Part shown: positions 44,903-53,902 of the stretch, piece by piece
Position numbering within the stretch: position 1 is the first letter of the stretch
How the letters are laid out: every line of letters starts with the position of its first letter
Source of the DNA: Rhodoferax sp.
GTDB taxonomy: Bacteria > Pseudomonadota > Gammaproteobacteria > Burkholderiales > Burkholderiaceae_C
Length of the DNA stretch: 54,479 nt
Direction: 5' to 3'
Assembly (NCBI GenBank): GCA_031430225.1
Contig: JANPAZ010000052.1
Location: forward strand, 1 to 54,479
Program-made: the position numbers and the translations under genes
Notes under the pieces: generated by a model
What the model was told of the DNA's origin: nothing
Database searches by the model: none
The model's input: the letters and a program-made list of their open reading frames with translations, nothing else

Positions 44903-45823
44903 TCAGTACCGGATTTTTGGATCCAGCCACGCATAGGCCAGGTCAACCAGCAGGTTGAGAAGCACGGCAAAAACGGTGATCAATACGACCAGACCCAACA
45001 CCAGTGTGTAATCCCGGTTGGCAGCGCCGTTAACAATAAGTTTGCCCAGACCCGGCAGAGAAAAAACGGTCTCGGTCACCAATGCGGCGGTAATGGACGA
45101 GATGGCCAGCGGCCCGACCACGGACACGACCGGCAGCAATGCAGGCTTGAGAGCATGTCGCAATACAACGACACTCGTCGGCAGTCCTTTGGCGCGGGCC
45201 GTACGAATGAAATTGCTGTGCATGATTTCAATCAGACTGCCCCGCATAACGCGCCCAATCGTGGCAACGTTGATGAACGTCAGCAGAGCGACAGGCAGCA
45301 CCATGAACCGCAACTGGAAATCATTCCACCCCCCTGCTGGCAACCACTTCAGCCAGATGGCAAACACCATGATCAGTACCGGCCCGATCACAAAACTCGG
45401 AAAGGCACTTCCGATGTTCGCCATGACCATCACCACGTGATCAACCAGGCTGTTTTGCCGCAGGGCGGCCACAATGCCCAGTGTGACGCCAATGATCAGC
45501 GAAAGCAGCATTGAGAGGCCACCAATGGCCAGCGACACCGGCAGGGCCTTGCCGACCAGGTCATTCACGGACCAGTCGGCATAGCGAAACGAAGCGCCCA
45601 GGTCTCCTTGCAGCAGTCCCTTGAAGTACAACAGGTACTGCTGCCAAAGCGGCAGGTCAAGGTGGTATTTCGCCTGCAGGTTGGCCAGCACGGCAGCAGC
45701 TACCTTGCGGTCAGAATCAAACGGACCACCCGGTGTGGCGTGCATCAGAAAATAGCAAACCGAGATCACCACCACCAGAGTGGGAAGCGCCGCCAGAACA
45801 CGGCGCAAGGTATACGACCACAT
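44903..45823 (-). CDS. oppB: Oligopeptide ABC transporter permease (OppB type)
   Basis: 'MWSYTLRRVLAALPTL' N-terminus and 'FIRTARAKGLPTSVVVLRHALK' EAA loop. Confidence 0.85.
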   Translation of the reverse strand: MWSYTLRRVLAALPTLVVVISVCYFLMHATPGGPFDSDRKVAAAVLANLQAKYHLDLPLWQQYLLYFKGLLQGDLGASFRYADWSVNDLVGKALPVSLAIGGLSMLLSLIIGVTLGIVAALRQNSLVDHVVMVMANIGSAFPSFVIGPVLIMVFAIWLKWLPAGGWNDFQLRFMVLPVALLTFINVATIGRVMRGSLIEIMHSNFIRTARAKGLPTSVVVLRHALKPALLPVVSVVGPLAISSITAALVTETVFSLPGLGKLIVNGAANRDYTLVLGLVVLITVFAVLLNLLVDLAYAWLDPKIRY

Positions 45824-45835
45824 GGTGGCTGACGC

Positions 45836-47446
45836 CTAGTGCTTGATGATGTAGAAGTCTTTACTGCGGTAATGGTCCTGGGTGTTTGCCTCGGAATAGC
45901 CACCCACATAGGACTTGATCAGCCGTGGCAGTGAATATTGCACCATGGGGATGATCGGATAGGCGTCCATGATCATTTTGGAGGCCTGGGTGAGCAGCGC
46001 CTTGCGTTTGGCGGGATCCGGATTTTGGGTGCCCTGCTTGATCAGGTCTTCTGCTTTTCGGTCGCAGTAAAAATTGGTATTCTGGTCTGAATCGCAGCGC
46101 ACCAATGCAAGAAAACTGGTGGCATCGTTGTAGTCAGCCAGCCATCCGTTGCGGGCGATCTGATAGGCACCGTCATGACGCTTCTTGGCGAGCACCTTGA
46201 ACTCCATGCTTTCGGTTTCCATGTTGATGCCAAGCTTGGTCTTCCACTCGGAGGCCACAAAAATCGCCATCTTCTTGTGGTACTCACTGGTGTTGTAAGA
46301 AAAGGTGTACTTGGTGCCCGGCTTCACGCCGGCTTGCTCCAGCAGCTTCTTGGCTTCAGCGACACGCTTGTCCATAGGCCAGGTCGCCCAGTCGTAGGGT
46401 GTGGGGTCGGCTCCCACCACGCCGGCAACGATCAGGCTGTAGGCCGGCGGCTGGCCATCGGCCGTCACGCGTTTGGACAAAATGTCGCGGTCAATCACCA
46501 TGGACAAGGCCTTGCGCACTCGCACGTCCTTGAAGACATCACGGGTCTGAAAGTCGTAATAGCGAATGCCGATGATGGCCTGGTTGCGCAATTCCTTGGG
46601 GTATTGCGCTTTGTACTTGTCAAAAACACCAGGGGGCATCTGGTAGACATAGTCAGTCTCGCCAGACTCCCACAGCTTGATGTCAGCAAACTGATCTTCA
46701 ATCGGCAAATAGGTCACCTTGGTGAGCTGAACATTGGCCGCGTCCCAATAGTTCGGATTTTTTTCAACCACGATGCGGTTGTTGACCTGCCAATCCTTGA
46801 GCACGAAGGCCCCATTGCCGACCATGTTGCCTGGCTTGACCCAGTCCTTTCCAAATTTCTCCACCGTGGCCTTGTGAACCGGGCCCAACTGCGTGTTGGC
46901 CACCAGCTCGGGCATGTAGTTGATCGGGTCAACCGTCTTGAGCTCCAGCGTGAGCTTCTCAATGGCTTTGACGCCGATCTCGCTGGTGGGTTTCTTGCCC
47001 TGGGCGACTTCCAGTCCATTGAGCAGGAAGTTGCCAAATGTGACTGCATAGGGCGATGCCGTCTTGGGGTCTACGAAACGGCGGATGCCATAGACAAAGT
47101 CGTCGGCGGTAACCGGGTCGCCATTTGAGAATTTCGCATTGGCGCGCAGCTTGAAGACCCAGGTCGTGGGACTGGTCTGCTTCCAGCTTTCAGCCACACC
47201 GGGAACAGTTTTACCCGTTGTGTCAGTGGCTGTAAGTCCCTCAAACAAATCACGCAGAATTTGATTGGACGGCACAGTTTCAGCCACCGCCGGGTCCATG
47301 CTTTCAGGCTCTGACCCATTGCTGCGAACCAGAGTCTGGGTCGAATGCAGTTGCGTACCAGGCGGAACCACCGCTGCGAATCCAGCGGTCGACAACAGTG
47401 CAGAACAAGCTGCAATGACAAGGGGTTTAGTGATTTTTGCGGGCAT
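45836..47446 (-). CDS. oppA: Periplasmic oligopeptide-binding protein (family 5 SBP, OppA/MppA-like)
   Basis: It has a signal peptide. 'LVRSNGSEPESMDPAVAETVPSNQILRDLFEGL...PGVAESW' parallels E. coli OppA closely. Confidence 0.85.
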   Translation of the reverse strand: MPAKITKPLVIAACSALLSTAGFAAVVPPGTQLHSTQTLVRSNGSEPESMDPAVAETVPSNQILRDLFEGLTATDTTGKTVPGVAESWKQTSPTTWVFKLRANAKFSNGDPVTADDFVYGIRRFVDPKTASPYAVTFGNFLLNGLEVAQGKKPTSEIGVKAIEKLTLELKTVDPINYMPELVANTQLGPVHKATVEKFGKDWVKPGNMVGNGAFVLKDWQVNNRIVVEKNPNYWDAANVQLTKVTYLPIEDQFADIKLWESGETDYVYQMPPGVFDKYKAQYPKELRNQAIIGIRYYDFQTRDVFKDVRVRKALSMVIDRDILSKRVTADGQPPAYSLIVAGVVGADPTPYDWATWPMDKRVAEAKKLLEQAGVKPGTKYTFSYNTSEYHKKMAIFVASEWKTKLGINMETESMEFKVLAKKRHDGAYQIARNGWLADYNDATSFLALVRCDSDQNTNFYCDRKAEDLIKQGTQNPDPAKRKALLTQASKMIMDAYPIIPMVQYSLPRLIKSYVGGYSEANTQDHYRSKDFYIIKH

Positions 47447-47460
47447 GGTTTTCTCCGGTT

Positions 47461-49287
47461 TCAGGGGCTGGGCAGCTTGCTTGTGTCAATGTCAACATAT
47501 TTCCAGAACCCACGCGACATGGGGTGTTTGCGATAGCCCATAAGCCAGGGCTGCATCATGTCAGTGCGCACGCGGTGGCTGGAAAATTTCACAGGCATGT
47601 ACGCCACCATGATCTTGACCAATTGCTGCAACATGGCAAACCGCTCGGGCCCGTCAGGCAACAGCTGCTGCTGTTGGTACAGCCGGTCAAACTCCGCATT
47701 TTGAAAGCGGGACAGGTTGCCCTCACCTTTTGCCGGGCCATACCCCATGCTGATGGCGTCTGCCCCGTCGGGAACAGATGCACTCTGCCCGAGTCCCCAC
47801 ATCATCAATTTGCCAGCGCGCGCAGCCTTCAGGTTCTCAGGCCACTTGGCAGTTTTGAACTCAATCTTGATGCCGGCCGCATTCATGCTCTTTTTCCAGA
47901 TTTCATTACGTTCACGCGAGGCCGCATCCGGCTGGGTTGCATATTCCAGCACCAACGGTTTTCCGTCGGGCAGGTCCCGCCAGCCGTCACCATTGCGGTC
48001 GATGTAGCCATACATATCCAGCAACGCAGACGCCCGTGCAACGCTGTACTCGCTCATCTCGGTCTTGAATTTGGGGTCATAGCCATACGTGCTGGGCTGC
48101 ATGGGTCCCTGAGCGGGAATGGCCTGATTGCGGCGAGGCAGGCGGATCTCTTCTTCACTGTTATAGGCCAGGGAAATAGCACGGCGCAGGGCGACCTTGT
48201 CGGGCGTGTAACCACCGAGCATCGGATGCTCCATGTTCATGTAGTGGATGACCACATCAGGAATGGCAACCCGGTCGAACTGCATCTTCCGTTTGGCCAG
48301 ATTGGGGGCGAGCTGATTGTTGGGAATCGCCTGTGTCGAAAAAGCCTCTGGCAACAGGAACAGAAAGTCGTGATCGTTACCCAGGAACGAGAGCCAGCGG
48401 GGTTGCACTTCTTCAATGATGGAAACCTCGACCCGGTCCACCATGGGCAGCCGCTTGCCCTTCAGTTGCTGATAAATGGCCTGCGACCGGGCATCGTTGA
48501 CCGGCGGTTCGGCGGCATAAAACTCTTCCCTGAAATTTGGGTTTTTGACGAACGTCATCTTTGATGAGCGCGTCCACTGGTCGAGCTTGAAGGGGCCAGT
48601 GCCCACCGGGTGCTCCATGATTTTGTCGCCGTACTTCTCAACCACTTCACGCGCTACAGCACCAAACAGGCCCGCATCGGCAAGCCGGTAAATAAACCTG
48701 GGTCGCGTCTCCTGCAACTTGAACTGAATGGTGTAGCGGTCCAGTGCACGAATGCCATCCACCTCTTTGTCGTAATTGAAACTGGCGCCGGGCTTTTCGG
48801 CGTCGCGGCGCAGCTCTTCCAACCCGAGCAACTTCTCTTCCTCAAGGTCGGAGTAGGTTGGGCTTTTGGTCTTGGGGTCAAAAAACCGTTTGTAGCTGTA
48901 GACAAAATCGGCCGCCACCAACTCACGCTTCTTGCCACCGAAAGCCGCATCATCGGCAAAGTAGACACCCGGCTTGATCTTGATCGTGTAGGTGCGGAAT
49001 TCGTCGGAGATGACCGGCATACCAAGGGCGACGTTGGGCTTGACCTTCACCGGACGCGCCAAAAAGTCGTAGTCATACAGCGAATCAAACATATTGGAGG
49101 TGGCAATGCGCGAGTAAAGGTCTGAAATTTGCGCTGGGTCAAACCCGGTCTCGGCGATCTCAAACGCGTAGCGCAGCACCTTGTCAGTCGGGCGAGTCTG
49201 GGCGTGCAACGAACCCGTGAAAGCCAGCAGGAGACAAAAGGCCCAGAGGCTTTTTATAAAACGCAACTCGAATCCCTTATTTTTCAT
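47461..49287 (-). CDS. Second family 5 substrate-binding protein, YejA-size (~608 aa)
   Basis: Signal peptide 'SLWAFCLLLAFTGSLHAQ' and family-5 SBP blocks ('FDPAQISDLYS', 'GTGPFKL'). First gene of the opp-like operon. ATG 49287 was chosen. Confidence 0.75.
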   Translation of the reverse strand: MKNKGFELRFIKSLWAFCLLLAFTGSLHAQTRPTDKVLRYAFEIAETGFDPAQISDLYSRIATSNMFDSLYDYDFLARPVKVKPNVALGMPVISDEFRTYTIKIKPGVYFADDAAFGGKKRELVAADFVYSYKRFFDPKTKSPTYSDLEEEKLLGLEELRRDAEKPGASFNYDKEVDGIRALDRYTIQFKLQETRPRFIYRLADAGLFGAVAREVVEKYGDKIMEHPVGTGPFKLDQWTRSSKMTFVKNPNFREEFYAAEPPVNDARSQAIYQQLKGKRLPMVDRVEVSIIEEVQPRWLSFLGNDHDFLFLLPEAFSTQAIPNNQLAPNLAKRKMQFDRVAIPDVVIHYMNMEHPMLGGYTPDKVALRRAISLAYNSEEEIRLPRRNQAIPAQGPMQPSTYGYDPKFKTEMSEYSVARASALLDMYGYIDRNGDGWRDLPDGKPLVLEYATQPDAASRERNEIWKKSMNAAGIKIEFKTAKWPENLKAARAGKLMMWGLGQSASVPDGADAISMGYGPAKGEGNLSRFQNAEFDRLYQQQQLLPDGPERFAMLQQLVKIMVAYMPVKFSSHRVRTDMMQPWLMGYRKHPMSRGFWKYVDIDTSKLPSP

Positions 49288-49377
49288 AGCCACAAACACC
49301 AATGCTTTATCGTATGGCCACAAGCATAATCGCCCCGGTCAGCAATTTCTTGGGCGTTTCCCCTAGCCAGACACTTT

Positions 49378-50316
49378 ATGTTTTCCTATATTCTGCGGCG
49401 CCTCTGGCAAATGATTCCCACCCTGGCAGGGGTCATTCTGCTCATTTTCTTCCTGTTCAAGTTCTTCGGCGGAGACCCGGTCGAGATCATGGCAGGGATG
49501 AAGTCGTCGCCAGAGCGCATAGCCTCGCTGCGCGCACAGCTCGGGCTGGACAAGCCCGTGTGGGAGCAACTCTGGATCTTCGTCCAGCAGATTTTTACCT
49601 TCAACTGGGGAAAGAGCTGGACCACCAACGAGTCCATCGCAAACATTTTCTCGACCCGCCTTCCCGCCACGCTGACCATCATGATCCCTATTCTGGTACT
49701 GGAAGTGGCACTGGCCATTGTGGCTGGGCTGGCCGTGGCCTACGTGCGGGGCAGTCTGACGGACCGCGCCATCATGATCACCACCACGGTGGCGCTGTCC
49801 ATCAGTTTTCTGGTCTACATCATCGTCGGCCAGTATCTCTTTGGCTTTGTCCTGGGCTGGTTCCCGGTACAAGGCTGGAGCGACAGTGTCTGGAAAAATC
49901 TGGTGACTTACGCGCCCCTGCCTGTCTTTCTGGCTGTTTTGGTCAGTCTGGCGCCGCAAACGCGGCTTTACCGAAGCTTTTTTCTGGATGAGATTGGTCA
50001 GGACTATGTGCGCACTGCACGCGCCAAGGGCGTCTCCGAAAACACCATCATGTTCAAGCACGTGCTACGCAACGCCATGATTCCGATCCTGACCAATGTC
50101 GCCACCAATTTACCGGGGGTGTTCATCGGCTCTTTCCTGATCGAAGTTTTTTTCTCGATTCCCGGTCTGGGCCGGGAGATTCTGGTCGCTGTCAATCGCA
50201 GCGACTACCCTGTGATACAGGCCGCCACGGTCTATCTTGCCGGCCTGACGATGCTCATTAACCTCGTCACAGACGTGCTATACAAGTTTGTAGACCCCAG
50301 GGTGACGCTCAAATGA
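49378..50316 (+). CDS. Peptide-type ABC transporter permease (YejB/DppB-like)
   Basis: 'MFSYILRRLWQMIPTL' N-terminus and 'YVRTARAKGVSENTIMFKHVLRNA' EAA loop. Confidence 0.8.
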   Translation: MFSYILRRLWQMIPTLAGVILLIFFLFKFFGGDPVEIMAGMKSSPERIASLRAQLGLDKPVWEQLWIFVQQIFTFNWGKSWTTNESIANIFSTRLPATLTIMIPILVLEVALAIVAGLAVAYVRGSLTDRAIMITTTVALSISFLVYIIVGQYLFGFVLGWFPVQGWSDSVWKNLVTYAPLPVFLAVLVSLAPQTRLYRSFFLDEIGQDYVRTARAKGVSENTIMFKHVLRNAMIPILTNVATNLPGVFIGSFLIEVFFSIPGLGREILVAVNRSDYPVIQAATVYLAGLTMLINLVTDVLYKFVDPRVTLK

Positions 50317-51380
50317 CCCGCCCCGCTCTGCCCGAATTGTCCCGGCTACCCCGATCAGACGGCGTTTGGGTCCAAGCCTGGACGCGTCTCAAAACCGATC
50401 GCGTCGGCATGACCTCACTTTGCATTACGCTGCTCTTCATGGGTGTGGTGGTGCTGGCTCAAATAGGCCTGGTCGGCAAAAACTGGCAAAGGGAGGTCGG
50501 CACACCTTTTGCCCCTCCACACCTTGTCGGCAAAATTTTGGACAGCTCGCAAACAGCCGTGGTGGACCGCATTGAAGGACCAGCCGTTGACATGAGTGAT
50601 GTGGACCCTCTGGCGCCACGTTACAAAGAGTGGAACGAGCGCGCTGCAAAATTCAAAACTACCAACACGGTGAAGTCAGACACCTTGCCGCTTGGCGGTG
50701 ACCAACTGGGCCGGGATGTTCTCAGCAAGGTCATCAAGGGCGCGCAGGTGTCCATCACGGTTGGCCTGGCGGCAGCGCTGTTTGCAACCTTGATTGGTAC
50801 CGTTCTGGGCGCCATTGGTGGCTACTTTGGTGGCCCGGTTGGCGACTTTCTGGAGTGGGTTTACAACGTATTCACTGCGATTCCCTACATCCTGCTGGTG
50901 TTCGCCCTGGCGGCCGTTCTGAAATCTGGGCCACTGGCAGGCACGCTGGGAAGTGGCGTATGGACCGTCGTCATCATTTTGAGTCTGGTCGGCTGGACAG
51001 GCATTTACCGCCTGGTGCGCGCCGAGTATATGAAGCATCGGGCCCGAGAGTACGTGCTGGCGGCTGAAGCCATAGGTGCCAGCCATGCCTCTCGCATGTT
51101 TACGCATATCCTGCCCAACATCAGCCATGTGGTGCTGGTACAGCTCAGTCTGCACGTGGTGAGTTTTATCAAGGCCGAAGTCATTCTTTCCTATTTGGGC
51201 TTAGGCGTGCCGCTAGACATGGTGAGCTGGGGCACCATGCTGGCAGAGGCGCAAACAGAACTCGTGCAGGGGAAGTGGTGGCAACTGGTGGCAGCGACAA
51301 CATTCATGGCCACCTTTGTGACAGCCTTTGCCTTGCTCACCGATGCATTGCGTGACGCTCTGGACCCCAAACTCCGTTGA
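50313..51380 (+). CDS. Peptide-type ABC transporter permease with a long N-terminal periplasmic region (YejE-like)
   Basis: 4-bp overlap with the preceding permease gene. The 'EYVLAAEAIGASHASRMFTHILPN' EAA loop is present. Confidence 0.8.
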   Translation: MTRPALPELSRLPRSDGVWVQAWTRLKTDRVGMTSLCITLLFMGVVVLAQIGLVGKNWQREVGTPFAPPHLVGKILDSSQTAVVDRIEGPAVDMSDVDPLAPRYKEWNERAAKFKTTNTVKSDTLPLGGDQLGRDVLSKVIKGAQVSITVGLAAALFATLIGTVLGAIGGYFGGPVGDFLEWVYNVFTAIPYILLVFALAAVLKSGPLAGTLGSGVWTVVIILSLVGWTGIYRLVRAEYMKHRAREYVLAAEAIGASHASRMFTHILPNISHVVLVQLSLHVVSFIKAEVILSYLGLGVPLDMVSWGTMLAEAQTELVQGKWWQLVAATTFMATFVTAFALLTDALRDALDPKLR

Positions 51381-51396
51381 TGCCGCAACAGTCAAC

Positions 51397-53103
51397 ATGA
51401 ATCCTATGACTTCAGCCAACCCCTTGATCAGCGTTCGCGATCTGAGCGTGTCGTTTCGCATGGGAAAGACCGACTCCGCGCAAGCTGTAAATGCTGTGAA
51501 CTTTGACGTACCTGCCAACAGTACCGTGGCGCTGGTGGGCGAATCGGGTAGCGGAAAGAGCGTGACCGCCATGAGCATCGTGCGCCTGCTGCCCGACAAC
51601 GCCATCATCTCGCCCAGTAGCCAGGTTTTGTACAACGGTATTGACTTGCTGAGCGCACCCATTGCAACCATGCGCGCCATGCGGGGCAAAGACATTTCAG
51701 TGGTGTTCCAGGAGCCCATGAGCTCGCTCAACCCGGTCTTCACCGTGGGTGAGCAGATTGCCGAGGTCCTGCGCATCCACATGAAACTGGGCGCCAGACA
51801 GGCCCTTGACCGGACCCTGGAACTCATGACCGAGGTTGGCATTCCCAACCCCAGGGAACGCCTCAAATCCTACCCCCATGAAATGTCTGGCGGACAACAG
51901 CAACGTGTGATGATTGCCATGGCCGTGGCATGCGAACCCAAATTGCTGATTGCCGACGAACCCACGACAGCGCTGGACGTGACAGTACAGCGCCAGATCA
52001 TGGACCTGCTGGCGCGCCTGCAGCAACGCCAGAAGATGAGCATTCTGTTCATCAGCCATGACCTGGGCCTGGTGGGTGAAATTTCCAGACAGGTGATCGT
52101 GATGCGCAACGGCGCCGTGCGCGAGGCAGGTGACGTTGCCAGCATTTTCAGCGCGCCGAAAGACGCCTACACCCAGGCACTACTGGCTTGCCGCCCCCGG
52201 CTGGACAGCCGGCCTCGTCGCCTCGCCGTGATTGACGACATCATGAACCGGTCGGCCAGCAGTACGCCCATCGGCACCGAACAACGTGTCTGCAAACCGG
52301 TCAGTGGGCCTGCACTGATTGAAGTCAGGGGCCTGCGCAAAGACTACACACTCAAAACCGGTCTGTTCAAACGCCATGTATTCAGCGCCGTCAAAAATGC
52401 TGATTTTTCCCTGCACAAGGGCCGTACCCTGGGCGTGGTGGGCGAGTCGGGCTCGGGCAAGACAACAGTGGGCATGATGCTGACCCGCCTGACGGCCGCC
52501 ACGTCCGGCAGCATCATGTTCGAAGACATTGACCTGGCCACCCTGAATGCCACACAAATGCGGGCGTATCGGCGCCGCATCCAGATCATTTTTCAAAATC
52601 CTTACGCCAGTCTCAACCCGCGCTTTACGGTCGGGCAGATTCTGATGGAACCCATGCGCATTCATGGCATTGGCAAGGACGATGACGAACGCACCCGTCA
52701 GGCCCTGTCATGGATCATGCGGGTTGGGTTGCCTGAGGCGTCTTTTGGCAAGTACCCTCATGAGTTCTCGGGTGGACAGCGCCAGCGCATTGCCATTGCG
52801 CGGTGCCTGACCCTTCAACCAGAGATCATCGTCTGCGATGAAAGTGTCAGCGCTCTTGATGTCAGCGTGCAGGCCACCGTGCTCAACCTCCTGCTGGACT
52901 TGCAGGAAGAGTTCGGCCTCACCTACGTCTTCATCAGCCATGACCTGGCGGTTGTGAAATACATGGCCGACGATATTTTGGTTATGAGTCAGGGCGAGAT
53001 TGTGGAACGCGGCAGCTCCGAAGATATTTATGCGCGGCCACAGCATGCTTACACCCGGCAGCTTCTGGGGGCGGTACCCAAGGGTTTGGCAGCCCTCGCT
53101 TAG
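51397..53103 (+). CDS. Fused double-ATPase ABC protein (YejF/GsiA type)
   Basis: Two complete cassettes: 'GESGSGKS'...'MSGGQQQR'...'LLIADEPTTALD', then 'GESGSGKT'...'FSGGQRQR'...'IIVCDESVSALD'. ATG 51397 lies 17 nt after the permease stop. Confidence 0.85.
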   Translation: MNPMTSANPLISVRDLSVSFRMGKTDSAQAVNAVNFDVPANSTVALVGESGSGKSVTAMSIVRLLPDNAIISPSSQVLYNGIDLLSAPIATMRAMRGKDISVVFQEPMSSLNPVFTVGEQIAEVLRIHMKLGARQALDRTLELMTEVGIPNPRERLKSYPHEMSGGQQQRVMIAMAVACEPKLLIADEPTTALDVTVQRQIMDLLARLQQRQKMSILFISHDLGLVGEISRQVIVMRNGAVREAGDVASIFSAPKDAYTQALLACRPRLDSRPRRLAVIDDIMNRSASSTPIGTEQRVCKPVSGPALIEVRGLRKDYTLKTGLFKRHVFSAVKNADFSLHKGRTLGVVGESGSGKTTVGMMLTRLTAATSGSIMFEDIDLATLNATQMRAYRRRIQIIFQNPYASLNPRFTVGQILMEPMRIHGIGKDDDERTRQALSWIMRVGLPEASFGKYPHEFSGGQRQRIAIARCLTLQPEIIVCDESVSALDVSVQATVLNLLLDLQEEFGLTYVFISHDLAVVKYMADDILVMSQGEIVERGSSEDIYARPQHAYTRQLLGAVPKGLAALA

Positions 53104-53104
53104 T

Positions 53105-53902
53105 CTACTGGTGCCTGAAGACGTGGGAAAAGCTGCGGCTGACTTCAAGTATTTCAGGGCGGTTTTTCAGGCTGACCTTCTGTCGGCCAAGATCATCCCG
53201 CTGCACTGAAGAAATCGCGCCCACTGCGACAATCGTGGCGCGATGGATCTGCCAAAACTGTTGCGGATCCAGTTGCACAATGAGTTCGCGGATTGGCGTG
53301 CGCACAAAGGCTTCCTGGTCCAGCAACTGAACCCGCGTGTATTTTTCGTCCGACCGGAAAAAGATCACGTCTGACACGTTGATGAGCCGGGTGGTAGTGC
53401 CTACGCTGCATTGCAGCCAGCGCAGCACGGGGGTGGCCTTGTCTGCGGTCAAGCGCAGCTGCAACTGTGCCAGCGTCTGAAGCAATGCATCTGGAGACCC
53501 GGATGGCGCATGCTGGGTCAATCGCTCCCGCAACCGCCCTACGGTCTTGTCAAGCCGCGTGCGCTCCACTGGTTTGAGCAAGTAGTCCACAGCCCCGTGC
53601 TCAAACGCCGTCACCGCGTATTCATCGTAGGCTGTCACAAACACCAGCTCACCAGACCAACCCTCCAGAGCAAAAATATCCTGCGCCGCTTCAATACCGG
53701 TGAGCCCGGGCATACGGATGTCGAGGAACACCACATCCGGGCGCAACTCGTCTGCCATGCGCACAGCTTCCAGGCCGTCCCGTGCAATGCCGCAAATTTG
53801 AAGCTCCGGCCAGCTTTCTGCAAGCCGAGCCTGTAACTGCTCGCGCAGTAGACGCTCATCGTCGGCAATCAACGCCCGAATGGGTCTCAGATCAGACTGC
53901 AT
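53105..53902 (-). CDS. LytTR/AlgR-family response regulator
   Basis: Receiver domain ('ALIADDERLLRE', 'VVFLDIRMPGLTG') and a C-terminal LytTR DNA-binding domain ('FFRSDEKYTRV', 'FWQIHRATIV'). Confidence 0.9.
   Translation of the reverse strand: MQSDLRPIRALIADDERLLREQLQARLAESWPELQICGIARDGLEAVRMADELRPDVVFLDIRMPGLTGIEAAQDIFALEGWSGELVFVTAYDEYAVTAFEHGAVDYLLKPVERTRLDKTVGRLRERLTQHAPSGSPDALLQTLAQLQLRLTADKATPVLRWLQCSVGTTTRLINVSDVIFFRSDEKYTRVQLLDQEAFVRTPIRELIVQLDPQQFWQIHRATIVAVGAISSVQRDDLGRQKVSLKNRPEILEVSRSFSHVFRHQ

Noticed and set aside
43235-48564. A series of long plus-strand ORFs (43235-44146, 44735-45514, 46175-47128, 47437-48564) opposite the opp-like genes.
   Set aside because: All are antisense to genes with clear ABC or SBP motifs and have low-complexity, His/Arg/Gly-rich translations. 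They are shadow ORFs. The same reasoning applies to 17591-18490, 19302-20063, 20570-21214, 22475-23173, 30807-31511, 33630-34316, 35573-36217 and 49363-50061.
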